This document shows positions 17,179 through 27,445 of a DNA stretch of 64,000 nucleotides, piece by piece. Made by a program: the position numbers and the translations under genes. A model generated the notes under the pieces. That model made no database searches and was not told the DNA's origin. It saw only the letters and a program-made list of their open reading frames with translations. Origin of the DNA: Escherichia coli (GTDB taxonomy: Bacteria > Pseudomonadota > Gammaproteobacteria > Enterobacterales > Enterobacteriaceae); the NCBI RefSeq assembly GCF_965641715.1, contig NZ_OZ282455.1; one strand, given 5' to 3'. The first letter of the stretch is position 1. The number at the start of each line of letters is the position of its first letter.

Positions 17179-19878
17179 GTGAATGCAGTCATTCCAAAAA
17201 AGAGAAGGGACGGCAAGTCTTCGTTCGAAGACCTGGTATCCTACGTCTCTGTCCGGGATGACATGACCGATGAGGAACTGGATTTATCTTCTTCTTCGCA
17301 GGCTGAACAACCGCACCGAAGCCGTTTCAGTCGCCTTGTTGATTATGCGACACGTCTTCGAAATGAGTCATTCGTGGCGCTGGTTGATGTCATGAAGGAC
17401 GGCTGCGAATGGGTCAACTTTTATGGTGTCACCTGCTTTCATAACTGTACTTCTCTTGAAACTGCCGCTGCAGATATGGAGTACATTGCCCGGCAGGCAC
17501 ACTATGCAAAAGATGACACTGATCCTGTTTTTCACTACATTCTTTCCTGGCAGTCACATGAAAGCCCGCGTCCGGAACAGATTTATGACAGTGTACGTCA
17601 TACGCTGAAATCACTCGGCCTTGCCGACCATCAGTATGTCTCTGCCGTGCATACTGATACAGATAATCTGCACGTCCATGTGGCTGTTAACCGGGTACAC
17701 CCTGAAACGGGTTATCTGAACCGGTTATCCTGGAGTCAGGAAAAACTCAGTCGTGCCTGCCGTGAGCTTGAACTGAAGCATGGTTTTGCTCCGGATAACG
17801 GTTGCTGGGTCCATGCACCGGGAAATCGTATCGTTCGCAAAACCGCCGTTGAACGTGATCGCCAGAACGCGTGGACACGCGGGAAAAAACAAACTTTTCG
17901 CGAGTATGTCGCGCAGACAGCGGTCGCTGGTTTACGCAGTGAACCTGTAAATGACTGGTTATCCCTGCATCGTCGTCTTGCGGAAGATGGTCTGTACCTG
18001 TCTCAGATGGACGGAAAATTTCTGGTGATGGATGGCTGGGATCGCAACAGGGAAGGTGTACAGCTTGACTCGTTTGGTCCCTCCTGGTGTGCAGAAAAAC
18101 TCATGAAAAAAATGGGTGACTACACGCCAGTACCAAAAGACATTTTCAGCCAGGTGGAAGCACCAGGACGCTATAATCCGCACTTCATTGCCGCTGATGT
18201 TCGCCCGGAAAAAATCGCTGAAACAGAAAGTCTGCAGCAGTATGCCTGTCGTCATCTTGGAGAACGTCTGCCGGAAATGGCACGGGAAGGACGGCTGGAA
18301 AACTGCCAAGCTATTCACCGCACACTGGCTGAAGCGGGATTATGGATGCGTGTTCAGCATGGTCACCTGGTTATCTGTGACGGTTATGATCATAACCAGA
18401 CTCCCGTTCGTGCTGACAGCGTATGGTCGCTGCTGACGCTCGACAATGTGAATCAACTCGATGGTGGCTGGCAGCCTGTACCAACAGATATTTTCCGCCA
18501 GGTTACGCCAACAGAACGCTTCCGTGGTCGTCGTATGGAGAGCTGTCCTGCGACCGATAAAGAATGGCACCGTATGCGTACAGGCACGGGGCCGCAGGGG
18601 GCTATCAAACGCGAACTGTTTTCTGACAAAGAAAGTCTGTGGGGATACAGCATCAGCCATTGTAGCCCTCAGATTGAAGAAATGATCACACAGGGTGAGT
18701 TTACCTGGCAGCGTTGTCATGAGCTGTTTGCACAACAGGGACTGATGCTACAGAAACAACATCACGGGCTTGTTGTCGTTGATGCCTTTAATCATGAGCA
18801 AACGCCGGTGAAGGCCAGCAGCATTCATCCTGATCTGACACTGGGGCGTGCAGAGCCACAGGCCGGACCTTTTGTGAGTGCCCCAGCAGATTTGTTTGAC
18901 AGGGTGCAACCTGAAAGTCGCTATAACCCGGAGCTGGCTGTCAGTGACAGGTACGGGGTCAGCAGTAAACGTGACCCAATGCTGCGCCGGCAGCGACGTA
19001 AAGCCAGAGCTGAGGCCCGTGCTGACCTGCGTGCCCGCTATCTGGCATGGCGTGAACAATGGCGTAAACCAGATCTGCGTTATGGGGAACGTTGTCGGGA
19101 AATTCATCAGGCATGCCGTCTGCGGAAGTCACACATTCGTGCGCAGTACGATGATCCGGCATTACGTAAGCTGCATTATCACATTGCAGAAGTTCAGCGA
19201 ATGCAGGCATTGATCAGGCTGAAAGAAGACATCAGGGATGAGCGACAGAAACTTATTGCTGACGGGAAGTGGTATCCACCCTCTTACCGTCAGTGGGTCG
19301 AAACTCAGGCTGCTCAGGGAGACAGGGCTGCTGTATCGCAGCTGAGAGGCTGGGATTATCGCGATCGCCGTAAAGACAGGTCACGCACAACGACGACAGA
19401 CCGCTGTGTCGTGCTTTGTGAACCGGGCGGAACGCCGGTATACGGTAATACCGGTGATCTCGAGGCCCGTCTGCAGAAGAACGGGAGTGTTCGTTTCCGT
19501 GACCGTCGGACGGGAGAGTTTGTCTGTACGGATTATGGTGACAGGGTTGTTTTCCGTAATCACCATGACCGCAATGCGCTGGCAGATAAACTGGATTTGA
19601 TTGCACCGGTATTATTCGGGCGTGATCCTCGCATGGGTTTTGAACCAGAAGGAAACGACAAACAATTTAACCAGGTCTTTGCTGAAATGGTTGCCTGGCA
19701 TAATGTGACAGGCCGTACCGGTCACGAAGACTACAGGATTACGCGACCGGACGTGGATCATCACCGTGAAGGAAGTGAACGCTACTACCGCGATTATATC
19801 GCGGCGAACAGCAACGATGACGCATCACTGCCTCCGCCGGAGCAGGATAAACGCTGGGAACCGCCTTCTCCAGGTTAA
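17179..19878 (+). CDS. nikB: relaxase NikB (MOBP family)
   Basis: 899 aa; histidine triad HTDTDNLHVHVAVN typical of relaxases. Confidence 0.95.
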   Translation: MNAVIPKKRRDGKSSFEDLVSYVSVRDDMTDEELDLSSSSQAEQPHRSRFSRLVDYATRLRNESFVALVDVMKDGCEWVNFYGVTCFHNCTSLETAAADMEYIARQAHYAKDDTDPVFHYILSWQSHESPRPEQIYDSVRHTLKSLGLADHQYVSAVHTDTDNLHVHVAVNRVHPETGYLNRLSWSQEKLSRACRELELKHGFAPDNGCWVHAPGNRIVRKTAVERDRQNAWTRGKKQTFREYVAQTAVAGLRSEPVNDWLSLHRRLAEDGLYLSQMDGKFLVMDGWDRNREGVQLDSFGPSWCAEKLMKKMGDYTPVPKDIFSQVEAPGRYNPHFIAADVRPEKIAETESLQQYACRHLGERLPEMAREGRLENCQAIHRTLAEAGLWMRVQHGHLVICDGYDHNQTPVRADSVWSLLTLDNVNQLDGGWQPVPTDIFRQVTPTERFRGRRMESCPATDKEWHRMRTGTGPQGAIKRELFSDKESLWGYSISHCSPQIEEMITQGEFTWQRCHELFAQQGLMLQKQHHGLVVVDAFNHEQTPVKASSIHPDLTLGRAEPQAGPFVSAPADLFDRVQPESRYNPELAVSDRYGVSSKRDPMLRRQRRKARAEARADLRARYLAWREQWRKPDLRYGERCREIHQACRLRKSHIRAQYDDPALRKLHYHIAEVQRMQALIRLKEDIRDERQKLIADGKWYPPSYRQWVETQAAQGDRAAVSQLRGWDYRDRRKDRSRTTTTDRCVVLCEPGGTPVYGNTGDLEARLQKNGSVRFRDRRTGEFVCTDYGDRVVFRNHHDRNALADKLDLIAPVLFGRDPRMGFEPEGNDKQFNQVFAEMVAWHNVTGRTGHEDYRITRPDVDHHREGSERYYRDYIAANSNDDASLPPPEQDKRWEPPSPG

Positions 19879-19884
19879 AAAAAA

Positions 19885-19909
19885 GGCCGCGCCAGAATCC
19901 GGCGCGGCC
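19885..19909 (-). terminator. Rho-independent terminator (for trbC; sits between convergent nikB and trbC)
   Basis: GGCCGCGCC-agaatcc-GGCGCGGCC hairpin with A-run on + strand (U-run on - strand). Confidence 0.5.
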
Positions 19910-19914
19910 ACTGT

Positions 19915-22206
19915 TCAGTACATTCCGTCCCAGTCCGGACGGTTGGTTTTTTTATGATGAAACCCGTTTACAGGACGCCCTGTCGGGTGGTTATTGTCCT
20001 GTGGAAGCGTTAACAGGTTTATACCTGCTCTTTCTGCTCTCACTGATATCTGATTTTCCTCTTTTGTTTCAGGTAGTTCTGGTCTGTTCAGCGTGATATA
20101 GCGAATTCGTCGCTCTTCCCGTGTGGTCGTTTTAAGCGTATTCACCGCTGTTTCCCACAAGGCACTTTCACGTGCGTTGATATCTGTGTCGTACTCTTCC
20201 AGCATTGCCATAGCCGCCTGACGTCCTGCAATGCGTTGCTGGAATGTATCCACGATCGTGTGCGGCTCTGTGCGAATTTTTCGTCTTTTTCTGGAGGGTT
20301 TTGCAGTCAGGACGCCAATGATGGCACTGACATTTTCCGGTGACGGTATTCGACGTTGAGTAGTACGGGGAACAAGACGGCGGAGACGGTCCAGGCGTGG
20401 CGCATCCACGCTGATATACCTGTTTATAACAACGGGATCGCTGCTGCAGCTTTTCTCATCGTCAGGGATGAAGAATGATGCTGATGGTACGGTTTCTCCC
20501 CGGAAAATAGAAAAGAACTCGCCAGGATGAAGTTCAATCAACTCCTGAACATTTATCTTGCTTTCCATCAGGATGCTGATTTGTGGGCTGTCAATCCATG
20601 ATTCACCAAATATGCCGTCCTGACGCTGCAGGTTGTTCATTCTCGCCCTGGCTTCTTCACCGGCGGCGCTTTTCAGCGTTCTGGCCGTACTACCCTCGCT
20701 GACAATCCTGCCGGCAAATTTTGTCCCCGTGTTCTGCATCAGTGTTGCAGTATTCGTGGCTGTTGTCTGTCCTTCTATACGTTCCTGGTCCTGTGCCATC
20801 AAAATCAGAGCAAAATCCAGTGAACGCACCTGAGTGGCTTCCACAGCAATACGGTCCGTATAGTATGCCCCCACTTCATCAAGGAAACACAGATAAGGGA
20901 AACGCCCCTTATATTTTTTGACTTCCAGTGCATCGGAATCAGTTCCTTCGAGGCGGTAGCCCAAATCACGGGCGAGAATCATACTTTTCTGGGTGATAAA
21001 CATTCGTCCAAGAGCAGACGTTGTATGCGCTGATGTATCCAGAGCGGGGATCATTACCATCAGAATCCTGTCGCTGTGAATGCTGTCACGGATATCGATA
21101 TCACCGGAATCTTCAGCAAAAATATCCCCGAATGCTTCCGTGAATGTGCTGAAAGTTTCAGAAAACTGCCCGGAGAGATAAGCATGTTGTTTTCTGGGTT
21201 CTTCCGTCCAGGCTGATGGTGTCCTGACCAGCGACAGGTCGAAACCGGGAACGTCCTGAAGGTAGTTACGTAACGGTGCGATAGCTTCTTCCGGCCACTG
21301 ATCATCGAGGCCACGACAGTAAAGTTTGGCCATCCCTTCGAGAGTCATATGTTCACGGAGCATCTGCAGCGACATTGTTTTGCCTTCGCGCACACACCAG
21401 AATTTAGTACCAAATACCAGTGCCTTATTCATGGCAATGGCCCGGGACTGCCACTCGCCCCCCTGGACGTTCTGGGGCAGCATTGACTGCATTGTCTCCG
21501 CTGTGAATGCCTCAGTGCTGTAACAGAAGGGATTCCAGGTATTTGACTGAGGACGCGTTTTTTCACCACTCAGAATGATTTCACTGCGGGATTTTCCTCC
21601 GTTCATGAAGTTAATGACTTCCACATCGTCTTCACGTCCAAAGCGTCTGGCCAGATACCAGATCGTTCTTGCCGTATCATTCTGTGCCTTGCCATCGACA
21701 AGGGTGAATCCTCTTGCCCAGCAAAGTGGGTTAATCGCCCAGGCAAAGATGGTTTCCGTTTTACCGCCACCGGTGGTGGCGAAAAACATTATATGGCGGG
21801 TCAGATCGTCCATACTCAGCCATAACTCCCTGCCAATATCCCTGACGCGTTGATAACCAACATAGAATATGCCGCTGGCCGGTGATTCCAGAATGACCTC
21901 ATACTGGAACAGGGTTGGCCAGAAGCTGAAAAGACTTCTTTTAATCATTCTGTCCTGTGACGGGTCAGCACATTCCAGCGTCATGGGCATACGAAGAGGG
22001 CAGCGCCATCGCTGCAGACTAAATACCAGCATTGTTATCAGTGTGAACAACAGACATGCCGGTAATGCAAGTGGCCAGATAAAACTGGCCACAAGACTTG
22101 CCACCAGGCAAAAGCCATAGATATTGAGACTCTGGAGTGCATTCCAGACAGGATTTCCCCAGGCTGTACGGTGTAAAAGCTCGGGGTTAACGCGATGTTC
22201 ACTCAT
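19915..22206 (-). CDS. trbC: conjugal transfer protein TrbC (NTP-binding)
   Basis: 763 aa; Walker A-like ATTGGGKTE; N-terminal TM segments; position matches R64 trbC. Confidence 0.8.
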   Translation of the reverse strand: MSEHRVNPELLHRTAWGNPVWNALQSLNIYGFCLVASLVASFIWPLALPACLLFTLITMLVFSLQRWRCPLRMPMTLECADPSQDRMIKRSLFSFWPTLFQYEVILESPASGIFYVGYQRVRDIGRELWLSMDDLTRHIMFFATTGGGKTETIFAWAINPLCWARGFTLVDGKAQNDTARTIWYLARRFGREDDVEVINFMNGGKSRSEIILSGEKTRPQSNTWNPFCYSTEAFTAETMQSMLPQNVQGGEWQSRAIAMNKALVFGTKFWCVREGKTMSLQMLREHMTLEGMAKLYCRGLDDQWPEEAIAPLRNYLQDVPGFDLSLVRTPSAWTEEPRKQHAYLSGQFSETFSTFTEAFGDIFAEDSGDIDIRDSIHSDRILMVMIPALDTSAHTTSALGRMFITQKSMILARDLGYRLEGTDSDALEVKKYKGRFPYLCFLDEVGAYYTDRIAVEATQVRSLDFALILMAQDQERIEGQTTATNTATLMQNTGTKFAGRIVSEGSTARTLKSAAGEEARARMNNLQRQDGIFGESWIDSPQISILMESKINVQELIELHPGEFFSIFRGETVPSASFFIPDDEKSCSSDPVVINRYISVDAPRLDRLRRLVPRTTQRRIPSPENVSAIIGVLTAKPSRKRRKIRTEPHTIVDTFQQRIAGRQAAMAMLEEYDTDINARESALWETAVNTLKTTTREERRIRYITLNRPELPETKEENQISVRAERAGINLLTLPQDNNHPTGRPVNGFHHKKTNRPDWDGMY

Positions 22207-23269
22207 GGCCAGACTCGCTGTCGGTGGTTTTCAGGAATAAATTAAGCGTGCCAGTTTCCTGCAGAATTCCTGTAGGCAGATGCCAGCCGGTGTCGGACAG
22301 CACCCATGGGGTACCGGCAAATCCGAACTTACGGAAGGCGACATTGTTAACATCAATCGCAGCTCTGGCTGCTTTCAGGCATGTTTCATCTGCAGGCGTT
22401 GTTTCTTCTGATGGCGTCATCATTCCGTTATCTGCGGAATACAGTCGGTGCCAGCCGGCAGCACGTTTCTGAGCATCTTTTTCACACAGCAGTGGTGCCA
22501 CACGGTCGGTGGATTCCTCTCCACCAATAACTGAAACCGGGTAGATAACGACATTGAAGTCGCTGGCCAGGCGTTTTAAGGCCGGCTCCAGAAGTCTGCA
22601 GTTAGGACAGGCAGGATCGAGAAATGCGAACAGGGTTCGTTCATGACCGGATGACAGGTTGATGGTAAACATGCCCCGATCGGCGTTCCGCTTCAGAACA
22701 GTAGCCAGATTATGTCGCGCAGCTGCGGCTTCCGGATTTTTGCTTGTGATTGTTTTCTCCGGGACCTGGACGTCTTTTTTCGGGGGAACCGGGAGTTGAA
22801 TGCCTTCATTTAATGGCACAGTGTGATTCAGGTGAGGGGGTAGCAGTCGTGGCTCACCTGCTGTCTGTACTGCTTCAGGCGTTGTATCATCCCAGAATAC
22901 ACGATCAACATAGCGGAACAGAGAGAAGCCAATCGTTGCCATTACGAACAGCACAACGCTGGCGATTATGCCACGGAACAAAGGTGTTCTGCTGAAGCGG
23001 CGTTCCATCAGATATTCAAGGCGCAGGCAGGAATCAATAGCTGTAAGTATCTGGTCAGCGTTATGCTCCTGTTTATCAATCAGGACGGTTTCTCTGTTAC
23101 GGGTGCCCATGGCGTCAAAGGCTATATGAATCAGTTGATTATTTCGTGTTACCAGCCCTGACAGGGCATCCCGTGGAAGGACGGCAATAATTTCTGTCCT
23201 GCCATCCGGCCAGATTGCCTGCACGGAAATATGTTTTGCAATGCGTGTTGCAAAGTACTCGATTGTCAT
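22199..23269 (-). CDS. trbB: TrbB thioredoxin-fold disulfide isomerase-like protein
   Basis: 356 aa; CPNC active-site motif; N-terminal TM segment. Confidence 0.8.
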   Translation of the reverse strand: MTIEYFATRIAKHISVQAIWPDGRTEIIAVLPRDALSGLVTRNNQLIHIAFDAMGTRNRETVLIDKQEHNADQILTAIDSCLRLEYLMERRFSRTPLFRGIIASVVLFVMATIGFSLFRYVDRVFWDDTTPEAVQTAGEPRLLPPHLNHTVPLNEGIQLPVPPKKDVQVPEKTITSKNPEAAAARHNLATVLKRNADRGMFTINLSSGHERTLFAFLDPACPNCRLLEPALKRLASDFNVVIYPVSVIGGEESTDRVAPLLCEKDAQKRAAGWHRLYSADNGMMTPSEETTPADETCLKAARAAIDVNNVAFRKFGFAGTPWVLSDTGWHLPTGILQETGTLNLFLKTTDSESGHE

Positions 23270-23287
23270 TTTCAGTTCTCCGGATAA

Positions 23288-24496
23288 TCAGAATTCGTTG
23301 TCTGTAGCAGGTGTGCGGGGCAGGATGTCGTCGGTGAGGGACCAGTTGGTCAGGATGCGGCGTTTCCGGTCGCGATCTGGTTGTGGTTCATCCCAGATAA
23401 GACCGAGACTGAGCATATCCCGCCGTAAGCCTTCCACCGCTTCATCAACACAGGGTTCAGGGCAGGGAAGACCAAAACGCATGGCTTCGGCCTCTGCACG
23501 TGCAACGGCCACCACGCCAGCGCCTTCAATAAATCCTTTCGTGGTATTGGCGCGGTGTAATGCATAAAACAGCGTCCTGTCCACGCCTTTCAGCCAAATC
23601 CAGTTGGGTGGCGTAAGCCGCAGGTCATGTGCATACAGCCAGACCAGCCCACTGCGGACGTAGCGATGTTGTTTCAGCCATTGCTGTGCTCCGTTGCTTT
23701 TAATCACTCTCTGGAAAGCTGATTTGGCCAGTGAATAAACAGGGGTACAGAATTTCCCACTGTCCCGTTTGCTTTTAATTCTGCATGAGAGGTTCAGTGT
23801 ATCCATGAGCTTTAATGCTGCCTTACGATCATCCAGGAAATACTGAAGACCAAATATGGCAAAGAGCGCTTTTTCATGTGGTGCCATGTCTTTCCAGGAC
23901 GTTAAAGGTTTACCCAACTGGGCCATGAAACATCGTCTTGCAGCTGCAACATCGAGCTGCATATTGGTGATGAGAGTATGCTGCTCGACAAATGCTTCCG
24001 GGGTGAGAGCAACCCGCCGTTCAGGTCGTTTGCCACCATGAAAGAGTTTTTCCGGATCACCATCTGCCAGTACAGGGGCGATAGCAGGGGACAACGAAGC
24101 AAAGATGTGTGGCAGTCGGGTAATATCTACTGGTCTGCGGGTGAAACGGCTTTGTCCCGGATGTTGATACCATTCCCACAAACACCAGAGTGTCACAGGT
24201 AAGAGGTACATCCACAGAATACCTATGGTCTGCTCCATGACGTTAACCCACTGGCTATAGCTTATGTTGGCGGCGTTGTTACCGGTCATGGCAAGCAGGT
24301 TGTATCGTGGTGCTGCATAGTTATGAAATGGCCCCCAGTCGACCAGTCCCCATAAGGTATGAAGAATCAGGCAGCTGGCGTAAACCACTTCCGGCAAGAA
24401 TAACCATATGACGAATAGCAGCAGGATAAGAAGGACACCAACAGCGCCCCATATCTGCATAGGATCTTCTGCGACAGGCTGTCGATTGTAAGACAT
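23288..24496 (-). CDS. trbA: conjugal transfer membrane protein TrbA
   Basis: 402 aa; N-terminal hydrophobic segments; synteny. Confidence 0.75.
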   Translation of the reverse strand: MSYNRQPVAEDPMQIWGAVGVLLILLLFVIWLFLPEVVYASCLILHTLWGLVDWGPFHNYAAPRYNLLAMTGNNAANISYSQWVNVMEQTIGILWMYLLPVTLWCLWEWYQHPGQSRFTRRPVDITRLPHIFASLSPAIAPVLADGDPEKLFHGGKRPERRVALTPEAFVEQHTLITNMQLDVAAARRCFMAQLGKPLTSWKDMAPHEKALFAIFGLQYFLDDRKAALKLMDTLNLSCRIKSKRDSGKFCTPVYSLAKSAFQRVIKSNGAQQWLKQHRYVRSGLVWLYAHDLRLTPPNWIWLKGVDRTLFYALHRANTTKGFIEGAGVVAVARAEAEAMRFGLPCPEPCVDEAVEGLRRDMLSLGLIWDEPQPDRDRKRRILTNWSLTDDILPRTPATDNEF

Positions 24497-24648
24497 GACA
24501 AAGTCTCCATTTCTGGAATTTAAATCAAACGGAAAGGTTAAAAATTTATTTGCAGGCGATAAGAGCTAACCAGAGGAATTAGCCGTGCGATAAAAGGATT
24601 GTTGCAGATACGAAAGTCGTTAGAATAGCTGCGGGCGCTTGAGGCTGT

Positions 24649-24933
24649 ATGCCGAAAGCGTTTTGTGGACGGTATACAGCAGAAAGCCCCTGGAGATTTT
24701 TTTATCAATCAACCAAGGGCTCTACTGTAATGCCTAGACAACATTATAGTAGCCCGATAACCGCCGTAAGGCAATGGAGGGGCTATGATGCCACAGCGAA
24801 CGTTTTTAATGATGTTAATCGTCATCTGTGTGACGATTCTGTGTTTTGTCTGGATGGTGAGGGATTCGCTTTGCGTACTCCGGCTCCAGCAGGGAAACAC
24901 AGTGCTTGTGGCAACGTTAGCCTACGAAGTTAA
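24649..24933 (+). CDS. pndC: PndC-like (Mok-equivalent) overlapping reading frame
   Basis: Track ORF overlapping pndA in another frame, as in hok/mok loci; true start probably internal. Confidence 0.4.
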   Translation: MPKAFCGRYTAESPWRFFYQSTKGSTVMPRQHYSSPITAVRQWRGYDATANVFNDVNRHLCDDSVFCLDGEGFALRTPAPAGKHSACGNVSLRS

Positions 24934-24940
24934 ACGTTAA
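24788..24940 (+). CDS. pndA: PndA, Hok/Gef-family type I toxin
   Basis: 50-aa ORF found by hand (MPQRTFLMMLIVICVTILCFVWMVRDSLCVLRLQQGNTVLVATLAYEVKR); Hok-family hallmarks SLC…G…LAYE; GGAGGGG SD. Confidence 0.8.
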   Translation: MPQRTFLMMLIVICVTILCFVWMVRDSLCVLRLQQGNTVLVATLAYEVKR

Positions 24941-25011
24941 CGGGCAACACGGCGGCAGGTTTTCTGCCGCCGCTTTGTTGCGAAGGCTGACCTCATTGCG
25001 CCCTTTCTTCT

Positions 25012-25263
25012 TCAATGAAGCGTATCCGGTATTGTTTCATTTCCCCTGAAGCCGATTAGCTCCAGCCGAATGCCTTTGCCATCGGGGGCCACGTTCTGCA
25101 TTTCGCAGATACCACGTCGGGTCATGAGTGTGAAGGCTGTCATTGCCAGCATGGCTAACGCGTTTTCCTCGCTTCCGCTGCGTTTCTCGAGAGCATCGGC
25201 AATTTCTTCTATGCTCCCCACCTGAAAGCAAGAGTCGAATTCTTTACTCCACTTTTCTGACAT
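25012..25263 (-). CDS. hypothetical protein (83 aa)
   Basis: Track ORF; ATG with GAGAG SD. Confidence 0.45.
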   Translation of the reverse strand: MSEKWSKEFDSCFQVGSIEEIADALEKRSGSEENALAMLAMTAFTLMTRRGICEMQNVAPDGKGIRLELIGFRGNETIPDTLH

Positions 25264-25416
25264 CGGATTTTCTCTCTGTATTTATGGGTAGTTATCGAAC
25301 TGAATGTGCCAGTTTTTTCAGGAGACGGCAAAGTTGAGATGATTGGTTCTGATTCAGAGCATGAGTTTCCTCGGTGTGACGGGCATGTCGGGCGGATTTT
25401 GAGAAACAACAGATGT

Positions 25417-25503
25417 AAAAAAACCGACTGGTGAGGTCGGTTTTTTTACTGTTCCGTTACAGAGTGGGTGGCCCTGACCGGAGGAAATCTCTTTTCAACT
25501 AAC
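25417..25503 (-). ncRNA. candidate trans-acting antitoxin sRNA (about 87 nt)
   Basis: - strand promoter TTGCTA-17 nt-TATTAT (about 25510..25540); 5' 24 nt complementary to 25667..25690; terminator A7-CCGAC-loop-GTCGG-T7 at 25417..25447. Confidence 0.45.
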
Positions 25504-25761
25504 GTTCTTATAATAGCGAGCTGTTCATTTGATAGCAACCATCCTTATAATCCGCAGGTTAGCTCTGTCTGGCGACACTTCTGCCGTGATATCCATCGGG
25601 ACTATGGATGCAAGATTTTAAGTCCTGGCTGAACAAACAGGTGGTGCTGTGTTCAGTGCTCTGGCAGGAGGAAGTCTCTTTTCAACTAACACTGAAAGTG
25701 CCGTTGTGACAGGCAATGTAAGAGTAAGCAACGGTGATTTCCTCCAGTGATGGAGAAGCGG

Positions 25762-25857
25762 ATGATTAATCTGTTAATCATCGTTCTCAGGGCAGTAGTT
25801 GCCGTTGCAAACGCGCTGATTGCTGTTCTGGAACTGATCCGGGAACTTGTCGACTGA
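25762..25857 (+). CDS. candidate type I toxin, 31-aa hydrophobic peptide
   Basis: ORF found by hand: MINLLIIVLRAVVAVANALIAVLELIRELVD; GGAG 8 nt upstream; long 5' UTR holding the sRNA target site; hairpin after stop. Confidence 0.45.
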   Translation: MINLLIIVLRAVVAVANALIAVLELIRELVD

Positions 25858-25921
25858 TAAGCCTGGAAACGTAACTAAGGGCAGGGAGTTACCGCTTCCT
25901 GCCCTTTAACAAAAAGAGATC

Positions 25922-26098
25922 TCACGTTAAAAATTTGTACCCTTCTTTAACTTCCAGTGCCTGCTCCTTTGACTCAAACATCAGTCTTGTTTTCCCGGGA
26001 ACACCCCATGAAATGTATTCAACATCTATCCACCATTTTCCATATTCTTCATATGGCCCGGATATTACTTTTTTGACAAAGGCGTCTACCAGATTCAT
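25922..26098 (-). CDS. hypothetical small protein (58 aa)
   Basis: Inside track ORF 25922..26206; ATG at 26098 follows AAGGAAAA; AT-rich context. Confidence 0.35.
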   Translation of the reverse strand: MNLVDAFVKKVISGPYEEYGKWWIDVEYISWGVPGKTRLMFESKEQALEVKEGYKFLT

Positions 26099-26483
26099 TA
26101 TTTTTTCCTTTTTGTGTTGAAAATAATTAATGCCAGAGCACAGCGAAAATAATGAATGCGCTGGCTGTGATAATTGCGATTTTCTCCCATATGATATTTT
26201 TCTCATGGGGGATTCTACGGAGATTATTTCTTCGCATTGAGATACCGGTATTCATGTTTTATCTTGGACTTTTGTTTTGTTGTCTGTCTGGCAGGCTGTT
26301 CTGCGCCCGTTTGTGACAAGGTTAGCTTATGGGGTTAAATGGTCACGGACATCATGCGGACGGTTCCCTGTCACATGCCATCTGGTTTTTTCATTCAAAT
26401 TGAGAGATATTGCTAAGTTGAGTCGCTTGCGATAGTGGACTCCTGTTTGTAAGTGAGTGCCATTGTTTATTTCATGAAGAGGA

Positions 26484-26699
26484 TTGATTATGAGCATGCC
26501 TCCTGCGATAGCTAATACTTTCTTGTTTGAAATGATGAAGAGTAAATCAAAAGACGTTACACTTGCTGCGATCTATGCATTAGGTGAAGGCCGGTGTCAG
26601 GCGGAGAACATTACTCGTGAATTACATAGATTGAGTCAAAGTGATGATATGGAAATAAAAATTGCTGCGATTAAAGCACTTGGTCGAATTTATCGGTAA
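26484..26699 (+). CDS. hypothetical small protein (71 aa) with HEAT-like repeats
   Basis: Track ORF with GAGGA SD; two AAI.ALG helical repeats; AT-rich. Confidence 0.35.
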   Translation: MIMSMPPAIANTFLFEMMKSKSKDVTLAAIYALGEGRCQAENITRELHRLSQSDDMEIKIAAIKALGRIYR

Positions 26700-26770
26700 C
26701 GGCATAAGTTATCTGTTGTAATGAACAAAAGCCGGCTCATTTGAACCGGCTGTTATGGAGGGAGCTTATC

Positions 26771-27445
26771 TTAAAATACTTCGGCTACAGGCATGCCTGC
26801 AATCTGCTCCCACTCCTTACGCTTCTCCTGAATTAGGCGAGGAAAGTCGACAGGGTAATCATATCCTCTTTCTGCCATTGCATGCATTGTATCCGCCATC
26901 ATTTTGGGATGGATGCATCCTGACGGAATTGAGACCATTGGTATATTTATGTATTTTGTATAAATCTCTAGTGTCTTGGCGTCGGTCACAGTGCGTGTGA
27001 AGTTGTCAATGTCAAAGCCGATAATATCCATTATATTTCCAGGGTAAGCACGAGCATACAGCATAGTGCCTTTTTTGGTATCCACGCCAAAATAGACGCC
27101 CTGAGTAAAAGACAGTCCCTCATATTCTTTGTCAGGTGAATAAAAACCGGTGTTTTTTATCTCCGCGACAATTTTTTTTATTTTGTCTTTTCTTGAGCTT
27201 GCTCGGGAATACATCAATATTGCAGGGGCAATTAGTAAAAACAGACAGACGCAAGTATAAATATAATCTTCTTGCGTCACATATCTTGAAGATGTAATGG
27301 AGAGCACTCCGAAAAGAATAAAAATGGATAACACTGGTATGCTTATGAAATATATAAATCTAAGGGCGTAATATAATGTCCACCAAGCAGGATATCTATT
27401 GATTGTTTTTACCATTTGCATAATAAACCCTCCATAAACACTCAT
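26771..27445 (-). CDS. excA: entry exclusion protein ExcA
   Basis: 224 aa inner-membrane protein immediately downstream of traY as in R64; strongly AT-rich. Confidence 0.7.
   Translation of the reverse strand: MSVYGGFIMQMVKTINRYPAWWTLYYALRFIYFISIPVLSIFILFGVLSITSSRYVTQEDYIYTCVCLFLLIAPAILMYSRASSRKDKIKKIVAEIKNTGFYSPDKEYEGLSFTQGVYFGVDTKKGTMLYARAYPGNIMDIIGFDIDNFTRTVTDAKTLEIYTKYINIPMVSIPSGCIHPKMMADTMHAMAERGYDYPVDFPRLIQEKRKEWEQIAGMPVAEVF

Noticed and set aside
25500-25660. LexA (SOS) box upstream of the candidate toxin, as in dinQ/tisB
   Set aside because: I found no convincing CTGT-N8-ACAG match by eye; SOS control is therefore not claimed
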